A DNA stretch of 64,000 nucleotides. It comes from Negaprion brevirostris. Lineage: Eukaryota. Under the pieces are notes generated by a model that made no database searches, was not told where the DNA came from, and saw nothing but the letters and a program-made list of their open reading frames with translations. The stretch lies in assembly GCA_030324005.1 (NCBI GenBank), contig JARDVH010000059.1, positions 72,852,689-72,916,688 of the forward strand, in the 5' to 3' direction. Both the position numbers and the translations under genes were made by a program. Below, piece after piece: positions 1 to 12,081 of the stretch. The stretch's first letter is position 1. The number at the start of each line of letters is the position of its first letter.

Positions 1-149
1 AGAGTGTCCTGAGATGTATAAATTAGAGGGATTAGTGGGATAAATAAATTGTGGGGTTGTGGGGATAGGGCCTGGGGTGGGATTGTTGTTGGCACAGATT
101 TGATGGGCCGAATAGCCTCTTTCTGCACTGTAGGGTTTCTATGATTCTT
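1..149 (+). mobile_element. HE1-type SINE, 3' half (cut by window start)
   Basis: Ends gatgggccgaatagcctct...ctgcactgtagggtttctatgattct, the HE1/CR1-type tail; matches the 3' half of the full copy at 51991-52347. Confidence 0.85.
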
Positions 150-1148
150 ATATAATTTATGTACTGCACCCTTTATTTCATATGTCCTGGTTCTGTTTGC
201 TTTCCCTACAGCCATATCACACTGTTTAATTAATGATGAACAATTATCCCTAGATTACCAACTTCTCATCACCATGTTTCTGTTTGTCATTATTTTGCAA
301 GATAAGGAGAACCTAACAGTAATGCTCTTTCTTGTTATTCAGTATGTTTTTCTTCAGCATCTGGAGTCTAAAAAGATTTTATTTCAAAAAATAAAATGTG
401 ACATATTTCCACAAAGAGCCTAGTGTACCTTCATTTTTGTCTCCTTGCAATAAGAGGGTTCTGAACATATTAAGGGTAATATTTGGTATCAGTGCAAATG
501 CCAGTGACCTCTATAATTTGTGACTGGATAGTAATAGTATATTCACAGTGTAGGTCACTTTCCTTCATTGCTTGGTAGCAGAGAACTACCATCAGGACTT
601 AGAAAAGTGTTAGGTCTGTCCCTGAGGTGTAGCTTGGTTAGAAATGATGGACAGACATTTCCATTACTCATTCTATCAGTACCAAGCTTACAGCCAGCGA
701 AGACCGGTGTTAGCCCTGGTGTGATAGGTCTCCAGTTGTACGGAGAAGATGTGTTTAAGTAAAAATCTTTCTCAAAAAGAAACAGAAAGCAATCATCTGT
801 TTACTGTGCAGTTGAAATTGCAAACAGCTCTCCACCGATGGCCATCGGCAAACCTGCCTCCCACATTCATTCACATTAAAAATATTTGGTGAAAATTATT
901 TACTCATCTGTGCCTGCAAGGAAAAAAACATGGTTGCTGACTAGAAGCAGGTTTCCTTCAAGGAGGCAGTATTTTCCACAGATGAATCATGAGCACGCCA
1001 ACCCACATTTTTAAACAGACAAAATAATTAAATTGCATATCCACATTTCCCCCAGAACAGGGTGTGTCTTATGAAGAAGTGTTGGATACATTTATATTTC
1101 TTGGAATAAAGTCTATGCTAGTGGTTGGAGGAAGAAGAGTTTAGCGAA

Positions 1149-1577
1149 ATCATGTAATCGTAGAATCCCTATCGTGCAGAAGGAGGCCATTCTGTGCATT
1201 GAGTCTGCACTGACTTTTCAACAGAGCATCTTACCAAGGCTCACCTTTNNNNNNNNNNNNNNNNNNNNNNNNNNNNNNNNNNNNNNNNNNNNNNNNNNNN
1301 NNNNNNNNNNNNNNNNNNNNNNNNNNNNNNNNNNNNNNNNNNNNNNNNTTGAGTCTGCACTGACTTTTCAACAGAGCATCTTACCAAGGCTCACCTTTGG
1401 TCCTAACCCTATGTATTTCCCATTAATCCCTCTATTTTACACATCTTTAGAAACTAAAGGGCAATTTAGCATGGCTAATCCACCTGACCTTCACATCTTT
1501 GGCGTGTGGGAAGAAACGAGGGCACCCGGAGGAAGCCCATGCAGGCACAGGGAGAATGTGCAAACTCCACACAGACA
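1149..1577 (-). mobile_element. HE1-type SINE lacking its 5' tRNA head; contains a gap
   Basis: tagaatccct..gtgcagaaggaggccatt...gggcaatttagcatggctaatccacc...caaactccacacagac is the reverse complement of the HE1 body and tail. Confidence 0.85.
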
Positions 1578-1873
1578 ATCACAGAATTACAGAACCCCTA
1601 CAAGTGCAGAAGGAGGCCATTTGGCCCATCAAGCCTGCATTGACCACAATCTCACCCAGGCTCCACTCCCACAACCCCACACATCTACCCTGCTAATCCC
1701 CCTGATACTAGGGTCAATTNNNNNNNNNNCTAACTGTGGGAGGAAACTGGAGCACCCAGAGGACACACACATAGACACGGGAAGAATGTACATACTCCAC
1801 ACAGTCACCCACGTTTGGAATTGAACCCGGCTCTCTGGCACTGTGAAACAGCAGTGCTAACCGCCGTGCCACC
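1578..1873 (-). mobile_element. HE1-type SINE, near full length, in tandem with the previous copy
   Basis: Ends gcagtgctaaccgccgtgccacc (reverse-complement A box); ggaattgaacc is the reverse-complement B box. Confidence 0.88.
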
Positions 1874-1875
1874 TG

Positions 1876-1995
1876 ATAAAAGAAAACTTTCTTTTATATA
1901 GTGCCTTTCATAACCTCCAGATACCCAAAGTGCTGTCAATTGAGTAATTTTGAGATTAGGTGCCTGAATAGGATGAGGAGTGACATAATGCAATA
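1876..1995 (-). mobile_element. DeuSINE (SacSINE1-like) 3' tail fragment
   Basis: tttatatagtgcctttcataacctccagatacccaaagtgct resembles the reverse complement of the L2-type SacSINE1 tail (recalled consensus). Confidence 0.6.
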
Positions 1996-2069
1996 TTTCA
2001 CTTTGAGAATAAATCTAACCCATGTAAAATTAACTCCTATTCTCCTCCTTCACTAAATAGCTTAACTTT

Positions 2070-2141
2070 AAATTTTAAGCTTATTTATCATTGTCACAAG
2101 TAGGCTTACACTAACACTGCAATGAAGTTACTATGGAAATC
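2070..2141 (-). mobile_element. 3' tail of the HE1-headed variant SINE (Rex-like tail)
   Basis: Reverse complement gtaacttcattgcagtgttagtgtaagcctacttgtgacaatgataaataa matches the tails of the SINEs at 4879-5171 and 11793-12081. Confidence 0.8.
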
Positions 2142-2339
2142 TTGTTGGATGTTTAACGTTGTCACAGAGAATAGTTGCCTAATTCTGAAGTTTGGAAACT
2201 TAAAACTATTTTTTAAGACAGATGATTACAATCTAAGGAGCTTTTGTAACGAATGGCTGAAAGCAAGTGTAAATTGTCAGAGTATGATTACCCCTGCTGA
2301 TGTTCTCAGAGTCTAAACAATGTGATCGATGATAGAATT

Positions 2340-3782
2340 AGGTGAAGTAGTGGCTCAGTGGTATTGTCACTAGACGGGTAATCCAGAGATCAAGTGAATC
2401 CCTAGTGGGTGATGGAATTTGAATTAATTAAAAAAGTCTGGAATTAAAAGGTAGGTGATACTATTGTCAATTGTCATAAAACAACATCTACTGTCTCTAG
2501 TCTGGCCTACATGTGACTCCACATTCACAGCAATGTGGTTGATTCTGAAATGACCTAGCAAGACACATAGTGATATCAAATCAAAACTTAGCCCTCCTTA
2601 GTAACAGCTGGTGACTCGTGCCAAAATTGGGACAGCAGTCTCACATGCCAGCCAAGCAACAGCCTGAAATATTCATGCTCAAAGAATCATTGTTTCCAGA
2701 TGACACCATCACCATCCCTGGGTATGTCCTGTCCCACCAGTATGCTAAATTCGATAGATCTCAAACAGAAATGGGCAAGAACAAGGCGCTATGGGCCATC
2801 AGCAGGAGCAGACTTGTACTCAGCCACAACATAATCGCATGGCATATTACCCACTCTACCATTAACATCAAGCCAGGTGATTAATGCTATTTCAATGAAG
2901 CGTACAGGACAGAATGCCAGGAGTAACACCAGGCATACCTAATGTCAGCACTACTTGCGTGCTGAACAGCATAAGCACCAAGGGATAGACAAAGCCAAGC
3001 CATAAATGCTGGTGGACAATTAAACGTCTCACTGGAGGAGGAGTCTCCACAAATATTCCCACCTTCTGAGATGGAGGAGCACATCAGTACAAAAGATAAG
3101 ACTTTTGCTACAACCTTAAGCCAGAATTGCCGAGTGGACCTCAGAGGACCCCTGGTTCACAGATGACAGTTTTCACCCAATCAATTCACTCCACGTGATA
3201 TCAAAAAATGGCTAAAGACCATTTTTTGATATCACAGATATTGGATACTGGCCCTGACAATGTTCCGGCAATAATATTGAAGACCCGTGGTACAGTTATA
3301 GCACTAATATCTATACAGGTATGTGAAAAGTTGACCAAATATGTCATCTACACAAAAAGCAGGACAAATCCAACCTGGCCAATTACCACCCCATCAGTCT
3401 ACTCTTGATCATTAGTAAAATAATGGAAGCGACCATCATAGTGCAGTCAAGCGGCATTTACTCAGCAATAACCTGCACACTCGCACTCACCTTGGGTTCT
3501 GCCAGGGTCACCTCAGCTCCTGATCTCATTACAGCCTTAGACCAAACATGGACAAAGGGCTGAACTCTAGAGGTGAGGTGAGAGTGACTGCCCTTGACAC
3601 CAAGACCACATTTGATTGAGTATGGCATCAAGGAGCCCAAGCAAAACTGGAGTTAATGGGAATCTGGGGGAAACAGTTGGAGTCATAACTAGCACTAAAG
3701 AAGACGGTTGTCCGTCATCCATGCTCCAGGTCATCACTGCAGGAGTTCCTGAGAGTGGTGCCTGAAACTCAACTATCTTCAG
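2340..3782 (+). mobile_element. Decayed LINE 'family B' (CR1/L2-group-like): tRNA-like 5' head, APE start and RT fragments
   Basis: Head tggctcagtggtattgtcactagac; APE-like LVPKLGQQSH..KQQPEIFMLKES..DTITIPGYVLSH (2615-2740); RT-like ANYHPISLL and ALDTKTTFD*VWHQG, running to TAGVPE before the gap. Confidence 0.8.
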
Positions 3783-3882
3783 NNNNNNNNNNNNNNNNNN
3801 NNNNNNNNNNNNNNNNNNNNNNNNNNNNNNNNNNNNNNNNNNNNNNNNNNNNNNNNNNNNNNNNNNNNNNNNNNNNNNNNNN

Positions 3883-5279
3883 ACTTGTGGTAGTAAAGGC
3901 TGAGAATGGTGCTAACAGGAACCCATTAAGAAATCAGAATGTGTATATGGCCGAACAAAGGTGCAGAGTGTTAAAGGACAACCTGAGGTATGTGGAAAGT
4001 GGCCTTAGTGTGGTAGGGGGAGGGGGGAACAAGATAGAAAATGGGATTTTAAAGAAGTGGACAAATAAAACAATGGAAGAAATGAAAATTTTTAAAAATT
4101 AATGGTGAAACAAGACCACCACCTTGAACCAAATTTTTGGCCTCACATGCAATCTTCCCAGCTCACCACATCAATCGACTGATGTGTTGAGCCGGTATGA
4201 TCATGGCCTCTAAAAATATTGGTTCAGCCATTAAGCAGAATATGTTTCAAGATGCTTTGAATTTGAATCAGCCATCTGATTTGGAGAATGCTATGTTATC
4301 ACAGAAATATTATGTCACTTCTAAAGAATAAAAAGAGGGCTTGTGATGCTTGATTTGTCAGTCGAATTGGTTAAGTACTCTGACAGGGCTGGATGCTAGT
4401 TTTGAAAAGAGTTTTGGAACAGTTTTTTGAAGCTAGTTTTGGAACTAAGATCTATGATGAAGTATCCTCAAGTAGGGCATGCTTTAAGCCCAAACAAAAC
4501 AAATTTTCGTAAGTGAAATAAGAAGGAATGTGTACTTAAGTTTCAAACCTTGTTTGACCCAAAAAACATGAAATTAATTGTTTTTAGTGATATTTCTCAA
4601 GCCAATCTTCATGATGGGTATTTGAGTGCAGTTGGTTTCATAATATTTTTGTTGAGTGAAAATGGAAAATGTTGCCCTTTAGCCTGGGAAGTTACAAAAA
4701 CAAAACCACACACCCTACAAAAAAGTGTAAGTGAAAACAAATAAAGGGTTGACCTTGATAGCATAAAATAAATGGAAATCTCAAATGAGCTGATGCAAGT
4801 TTCCAATTGCCTGATTGTTTCATGAAAAGAAATCCAAGTACCAAGAAGTAATTGGAGTCCCTAAATGAGCACCATCATAGGTGGCACAGTGGTTAGCACT
4901 GCTGCCTCTGGGTGCCAGGGACCTGGTTTCAATTCTGGCCTTGGTGAGTGTCTATGTGGAGTCTGCACGTTCTCCCTGTGTCTGCTTGGGTTTCCTCCAG
5001 TTCCTCTCGTTTCTTCCCAGTCTGAAAGATGTGCTGGTTAGGCACATTGGCCATGGTAAATTCTCCCTTAGTGTACCCCAACAGGTGTCCGGGTGTGGTG
5101 ACTGGGGAATTTTCACAGTAATTTCATTGCAGCATTAATGTAAGCCTACTTCTGACACTGAGAAATAAACTAATATTGTACTTCATTCATAACATGGAAA
5201 ATAATTGTTCTTCAATTTGATTTGAAATCCTATTGTCCATATTAATTGTTAACTTGTATTTAAAGAAAAGAATGAGGTC
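3883..5279 (+). mobile_element. Ty1/Copia-type LTR retrotransposon internal remnant (RNase H about 4550-4870), interrupted by a SINE
   Basis: ORF 4550-4744 KLIVFSDISQANLHDGYLSAVGFIIFL..GKCCPLAWE, then decayed SVSE..RVDLDSIK and QL.DCF motifs of Copia RNase H; purine tract aaagaaaagaatgagg at 5262-5277. Confidence 0.7.
4879..5171 (+). mobile_element. tRNA-derived SINE with HE1/V-type head and body and a non-CR1 (Rex-like) tail
   Basis: A box tggcacagtggttagc, B-box-like ggtttcaattc, HE1-like body, then tail cagtaatttcattgcagcattaatgtaagcctacttctgacac..aaataaac. Confidence 0.88.
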
Positions 5280-5488
5280 TGTTAATTGTATAAATTAATG
5301 GTAAGGATAAACAAGTGGAGAACACTCATTTATTTGAGCACCGGTAGAGTGACAATTATTGGCACTGGGGTGGTGAGTAGGGTTGGCAGATATCCATTTG
5401 TAATGTTTCACTTTGTGAATAAATCCAAGCCAAGTAAATATTGACTTCTGATCTCCCACTTCACCAAATGGCAGTGAGACATTTTACA
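5280..5488 (+). repeat. Putative 3' LTR of the Copia remnant
   Basis: Starts TGTTAAT just after the purine tract, has AATAAA at 5418-5423 and ends ATTTTACA. Confidence 0.6.
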
Positions 5489-5504
5489 GAAGAGTGTGAA
5501 GATT

Positions 5505-7207
5505 TTGGGTGCAGAGTTAAATCAATTAGAAGGCCTGACTCAATTCTGCAACATAACAGCCCACTTCCCAACATTGTTTAAATGCTCATAAAGCTCAACC
5601 TTCATCCTCTCAACCACNNNNNNNNNNNNNNNNNNNNNNNNNNNNNNNNNNNNNNNNNNNNNNNNNNNNNNNNNNNNNNNNNNNNNNNNNNNNNNNNNNN
5701 NNNNNNNNNNNNNNNNNNNNNNNNNNNNNNNNNNNNNNNNNNNNNNNNNNNNNNNNNNNNNNNNNNNNNNNNNNNNNNNNNNNNNNNNNNNNNNNNNNNN
5801 NNNNNNNNNNNNNNNNNNNNNNNNNNNNNNNNNNNNNNNNNNNNNNNNNNCCACCTCAGATTTCTCATTCAACCTCCATGCCACTCATGCCAACCCATCC
5901 CATGTCCCCTTATATGTCCAATGCATACTGTGTTCCCTCACCTCCCTGTCACCCCATGTCACCCCAGCCCCATCAATATCATCCAAGCTCCCTCAGAGTT
6001 TCCATGTCATCTTCATACCACTTACATGCCTCCATGTATTCTACGTAGCCATTCATCTGGTATACACCATGTACAGTCCCCAAGAGCCATTCAATGGCAC
6101 TAGGCATTATTTTAAAATCACGGGATAAATGAAACCTGTAACCATCTAATAAATCCCTGAATTCAAACATGCTAGCATTAATACTGGGGGGGAAACTGTT
6201 CCAATGTAAAAATATACATTCCTTTAAATGCTGATTAGGTTTCTAAACAAACAAGAAAGTACATTGAGAAAGTACTGTTATTACAGCCTCTTCATAGTTT
6301 CAATGGTTCTTGGACCAATAAACCACCTGTTGAGTTGATGTTATTACCACATTTGAAACTCAGCAAACATTCATAATGGCTACAGTTGATATAACAAAAT
6401 CTCCCAACTATGTTTCCAAAAACTGAAATAACTCTTACCATTTCCTATTTCAAAGCAGATTGCCGAGCCATCAATGGAGAGATTCTTTTCAACTTTCAGA
6501 AGCAGCAGAGCCATGATTCGATTTAAGTTACAACATAAAACATGACAATGGAGACTGGCAGAACATTTACTCCAACGCTTTTTTTAAAACATTGTGGTAC
6601 TTACTCCAAAAGACAAAAGCATTTTAATGAATGCTAACACTAACATAATGATAGCCAATGTAATAGTTAGCTTACCTTTGCAGCAATGAGATCAATGGTG
6701 AAGAACTGCATTAAAAACACATTTACATTACAATGTAGTAATAGTGACATTGAAGGTGTCAAAGCATTTAACCTTGCCTATATTGCAGGCTCATCAACAG
6801 ACTTGCCCAAGTGGGCACAAACTCCCAAGGATTGCCAAAACCCATAGGGGAACAAGTAAATAGTGCGAGTGAGGAAATAGAATTTCCCTCTTCATCTCAC
6901 AAAGGGCCCTAAAGTCAGAAGATGTGCATATGTGCCTTGACCAAAAGTCTTTCTGACCTACCAGAAGACTACACAAAAATTTTGTGGGGCCAGGAAAAGA
7001 GAGGAGAATTGATTTTCAAGCAAAAAAATACTAGGCTGGAACTTTCTGCTTGCTCAGGACAGTGTGATATTTTAGTCCCAGCGATGTCGCACCCCTACGT
7101 GGGTTTCCTGGCAGTGTGGGAAAATCACATTGTTAGTAAAACCAGCCAACAGCACTGGCAGTTCCACCATGAATAAGACGCTCCGGGGAGGCCAGAAAAT
7201 CTCACCC
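5505..7207. mobile_element. Probable non-autonomous PIF/Harbinger-related DNA element(s)
   Basis: 6915-7030 resembles the subterminal region 62010-62112 next to a Harbinger transposase; TIR-like pair ggctggaactttctg (7034) / cagaaaatctcaccc (ending 7207). Boundaries uncertain. Confidence 0.4.
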
Positions 7208-7744
7208 TGTGTCCAGCTTTGACGATCTGATTCATACCTCCATTCAGAGATGAAATTCCAGCTGTTGGTCTCCGTTTGTGATGCAGGGAATTCAGCCATT
7301 ATGTATTGCTCCAAATGAGACTAATCCATGTGCTGTTATAGGCAACCATTATTGATGCTCGATTATTGCCCATTTATACTCCCGAGCAGAGAGGAGAGCA
7401 GGACAGGCAATATTACAGAATACTCATCTTGAAACATTTTTCCACTCCCTCCTGACTTACAAAAACAGCTGATACAGTAAAATCTAAAATGGCTTGTGTA
7501 CATAAGTTCTCAGACGATCCAGCAGTTTTGACTGTGATCACAATTTAGACACATAGGACAGATATTGTCAGAGTAATTTGCATAGAAAATAGTAATTGAT
7601 TTTCGATAACACCAGCATGTGTTTAACAAAAATATCATCATTTTACAAGAAGTAATCAAAAGAAAAATGTAATTCTTCAAAGAACTCTAAGAAATTTGTC
7701 AAACACAATTTTCATTTCACAGAACTATGTTGACTGTGTTTGAT

Positions 7745-7905
7745 TGTACTATGATTTTCTAAATCTTCTGAGACTACCTGAGTAATGAATTCTAATGCTT
7801 TCCCAATGACAGATGTTAACTGGCCTATGGTTTCCTGATTTCTTTCTTCTTTCCTTCTTGTATAAATATAATCTGTGGTTTTACAATCATAACACCTTTC
7901 AGAGA
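7745..7905 (-). mobile_element. CR1 ORF2 fragment, split by a family-B LINE; continues at 9815-9975
   Basis: Reverse complement encodes a decayed N.RPV.TSVIGKALEFI region; the CR1 sequence resumes collinearly at 9815 (ctaggaaatgttggaagattacaatc). Confidence 0.6.
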
Positions 7906-9814
7906 TTTTTCTTAGCTTCGTTCATAAGATCTAATAAGCCACCTTTTTGAACTGGTGAAGTTCATGTGGTGCAAGTACATCCACAGTGCTATTAGGAAGG
8001 GACTTCCAGGACTTTGACTACATGACAGTGAAGGAGTAGCAGATGGTCAAGATCAAGGTCAAGATGGTGTGTGGTTTGGAGGGGAACATGCAGATAGTGA
8101 TGATAGCATACATTTGTTGCCGTTGTTCTTCTAGGTGATAGATATCAAGAGTATGTTAAGTGCTGTCAAAGGAACATTTGCAAGTTGATGCAGTGCATCT
8201 TGTAGATGCTACACACTGCTGCTGCTTTGTGTAAGTGGTGATTGGAGTGAATAGTGAACGTGGTGAATGGTGAACTAAGTGGGTTGTTTTGTGCTGGATG
8301 GTATTTAAATTCTTGTGTCAATTCTATGTGTCTAAATTGTGATCACAGCTGCACTCATCCAGGCAATTGGAGAGTATTCCATCACACTCTGACTTTGGCC
8401 TTGTAGATGATGGACAATCTTTGGGGGGCCAGGAGGTGAGTTACTCACCACAGATTTCCCAGCATCTAAACTGCTCTTGGAGCCACAATAATTATGTTGC
8501 TGGTCCAGTTTAGTTTCCGGTCAATGGTAATCCCCAGAATAGTGGAGCATTCAGCAATGGTAATGCCACTGAATGTCAAACGCAGCTAGTGAGATTCTCT
8601 CTTGTTTTAGATTGTCATTGCCTAACACTAGTATAGTGCATAATATGTTACTTGCCACTTATCAGCCCAAGTCTGAACGTTGTCCAGGTATTACTGCATA
8701 TGGACACAGACTATTTCAGTGTTTGAGGAGTTGTGAATGGTGCTGAACATTGTGCAGTCATCAGTGAACATCCTCACTTCTGACCTTTTGATGGAAGGAA
8801 AGTCATTGATGAAGGTGCTAAAGATGGTTGGACCTAGGACACTACCGTGAGAAATTCCTGCAGTGACATCCTGGAAGTGAGATGATTGACTCCCAACAAC
8901 CAAACCATCTTCTTCTGTGCCACGTATGACTCTAGCTTTTTCTTCCATTTCGCACTGACTTCAGTTTTGCTAGGGCTCCTTCATGCCATACTTAGCGAAA
9001 TGCTTCCTTGATGTCAAGGGCAATCACTCTCACCTCACCTCTCGAGTTCAGCTCTTTTTTTCAATATTTGGACCAAAGCTGTAATGAGGGCAAGGGCTGA
9101 ACTATCTGACAGAGGTGAGCATCTTGAAGCATGTTACAACTGATTGTCACTTGATAGCACTGTTGAAGACCTCTTTCATCACTTTGTAAATGATTATGAG
9201 TTAACTGATGGGGCCGATTGGATTGGATTTATCCTGCTTTGTGTACAGTCCACACCTAGGCAATTTTCCACATTGCCAGGTAGATACCAGTGTTGTAGCT
9301 GTAATGGAACAGAACGTGTGCGGCTAGTTTTGGAGCTGTAGCTGGAATATTTTTAAGGCCCATAGCCTTTGCAGCATCCAGTGCCTTCTGGTATTTCTTG
9401 ATATTATCATGGGGAGTGAATTGAATTGGTTGAAGACTGTCATCTGTGACTTCAGGAGGAGGTCGAATGGATCATCCATTTGGCACTTCCGGCTGAAGAA
9501 AGCTGCAAATGCTTCAACTGATCTTTCACATTGAAATATTGGGCTCCTCCATCGCTGGGAATCAAGATATTTGTGGATCCTTCAGCCAGTTGTTTAATTG
9601 ACCCAAACCATTCATGACTGGGTGTGGCAGGACTGCAAATCTTAGATCTGATCCATTGGTTGTGGGATCACTTAGCTCTGTCGATGGCATACTGCTTCCA
9701 TTGTTTGACATACAATTAGTTATATGTTATAGCTTCAACAGGTTAACACTTCATTTTGTGTATGCCTGGTGTTGCTCCTGATATGCCCCTGGCACACTTC
9801 AGGGAACTAGGGTT
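7906..9814 (-). mobile_element. Family-B LINE, 5'-truncated, with RT and 3' end
   Basis: ORF 8691-8948 QDVTAGISHGSVLGPTIFSTFINDFPS..RMFTDDCTMF (RT motifs); homologous to 2900-3780; T-rich 3' tail at 7906. Confidence 0.88.
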
Positions 9815-10410
9815 GCTCTAGGAAATGTTGGAAGATTACAATCAATATATCCATTTGAGACCCAAACATGCAGGTCATTGGGTCTAGGGTCCTTGTCAGC
9901 CTTGAACTCCATTCATTTTTCCAGCACTTTTCCTATTGCAATACTGATTATATTTCAGTTCCTGCTCTCTTCTCTCACAACTAGGGAGAGCTATGAATAT
10001 TGGATGTGTGCTAGCCCCATGCATGCAGCGTATGTCCAGAAGATGGATACACAACATTGCAGCGGTTGTGTGTTAGTGTCAGTGGCAGCTAGCAATGGGA
10101 ATGTGAGGAAAACAGAGAGGAATGGATGGATGGATTGGTGCTCAATGATATGCTTAGACTTGTGAAGGCAGGGTGAGGATGTTGGAGTGATGTGCACACC
10201 ATGATGCAATTGATACCCGTGATACCCACATTTCTTGCCCTGGTCATTAAACCACTTATGTGGTGTTATACTTCTACGGATGACCTTCTCCATTCCCTCC
10301 AATCATATTAGTTTTGCTTCAGTAGCAGGCTCCTTCCTCCATCACCCGGGAACACTATCTGCCAGTGGGCATTTACAGCCCCTCGTAACATAATTAAAAC
10401 GGGGTGCAGA

Positions 10411-10884
10411 TTTTTTTTATTCGTTTGTGGAACATGGACATCGCTGGCTGGCCAGCATGTTTTGCTTAGCCCCTAGTTACCCTTGGGGGGCAGTTTAGAA
10501 TCAACCACATTGCTGTNNNNNNNNNNNNNNNNNNNNNNNNNNNNNNNNNNNNNNNNNNNNNNNNNNNNNNNNNNNNNNNNNNNNNNNNNNNNNNNNNNNN
10601 NNNNNNNNNNNNNNNNATTGCTGTGGCTATAGAGTCACATGTAGACCAGAACATGTAAGGATAGCAGATTTCCTTTCCTGAAGGAAATTAATTAACCAGA
10701 TGGGTTTTTCTGACAGTCGTCAGCAGCTTCATGGTCATCAGTGCATTTTTAATTCCAGATATTTTTATTGAATTCAAATTCCACCAGCTGCAATGGCAGG
10801 ATTCGAACCTAGGTCCCTCAACATTAGCTGAGTTTCTGGATTAATAGTCTAGTGATAATACTAGTAAGCCATTGCCTTCCCTGA
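10411..10884 (-). mobile_element. Family-B bipartite SINE (tRNA-like head plus LINE-like tail)
   Basis: Reverse-complement B box ggattcgaacc (about 10799-10809); collinear with 63565-63927; A-rich tail at 10411. Confidence 0.85.
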
Positions 10885-11792
10885 GGCAAGTGGAATCCAT
10901 TCTGTCAATTCATTCTGTTGTGGTCCCAACTTCAAATTCCACCAAATTACATGCTTTTTTAGTACTGGAATTGTAAACAATTCATGCAGGTCATTATCAC
11001 ACCCATTGGCTGTCATTGATTAGGCAAGCAGAGAATGTTATGAGTGCACAGAGTTTGAGTTAAAAAAACCACTCACAGATGATTAATTACCAGGTTTCCC
11101 GTGCACTATTGAACTCCACTGCTCTTGCTGTGTTAAAATCTAATATGAGGAACAAGATGACAAGCTGAAGATGCTGCACTTGGTGTCAATACTTCGGGAT
11201 CGCTACTCATGTTTCCAGTTGTGAAAATGCTTATAAATTGCAAGGGAAATCGCAGATTCTCAGTAAAACGTTCAAGATAAGTGGAATGCTTAAGTTGGCT
11301 TAGTTTGCTTTTCAAACCCATTTTGCACTTCAACTTCTAGCCCCTAGGTTTGAATATTCAAGCACATGTCCCGTGGACTCATGCCAGGGAAACAAACAAT
11401 TTTCACTGCCAAGGACATGTGTGACAGAATGAAGTGGGTGGAAAGTCTGCCTGAGAGCTAAGTGCAGATCTGCTGATTTAGAATTAAATCTTTGCTGATT
11501 CCTCTCTTACTTCCTCAAAGACCATTTAAAGAGACAGCTGGACTTTTGTCGTTTTAAGGGCATTTTAAGGGCGTGCTTATCCATGTGTGAGCCAGAATGT
11601 TCCCATCTGATGGAGGTGGGTGTGTTTCCTGCTGCAGAGGCCAACTGGAAACCANNNNNNNNNNNNNNGCCCCAACCTCATTAATACACTCCCAGCAGTT
11701 TATTGACATATTCTGTGGTGGGGTGGACATGATGGCCCAAGTCCCGCCATCATAGCTGAGTACAGTATTGGAAATTCACCAACATCATGGTG

Positions 11793-12081
11793 GGGTGGCA
11801 TGGTGGCATAGTAGTTCGCACTGCTGCCTCACAGTGCGAGGGACCTGATTTGATTCCCAACTTGGATCACTGTCTGTGTGGAGTCTGCATGTTCTCCCTC
11901 TGTCTGCATGGGTTTCCCCCAGGGTCCTTCAGTTTCCTCCCACAGTCCGAAAGATGTGCTGGTTATGTGCACTGGCCATGCTAAATTCTCCCTCAGTGTA
12001 CCTGAACAAGTACCGGAGTGTAGCAACTGGGGCATTTTCACAGTAACTTCATTGCAGTGTAAGCCTATTTGTAAATAAACT
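11793..12081 (+). mobile_element. HE1-headed variant SINE with Rex-like tail
   Basis: tggcatagtagttcgcactgctgcctcacag head, HE1-like body, tail cagtaacttcattgcagtgtaagcctatttgtaaataaac. Confidence 0.85.

Noticed and set aside
1199-1398. Identical 50-bp direct repeats flanking a 100-N gap (also at 12130-12283 and 17752-17941)
   Set aside because: Overlapping contig ends around fixed-size gaps: an assembly artefact, not a biological duplication.
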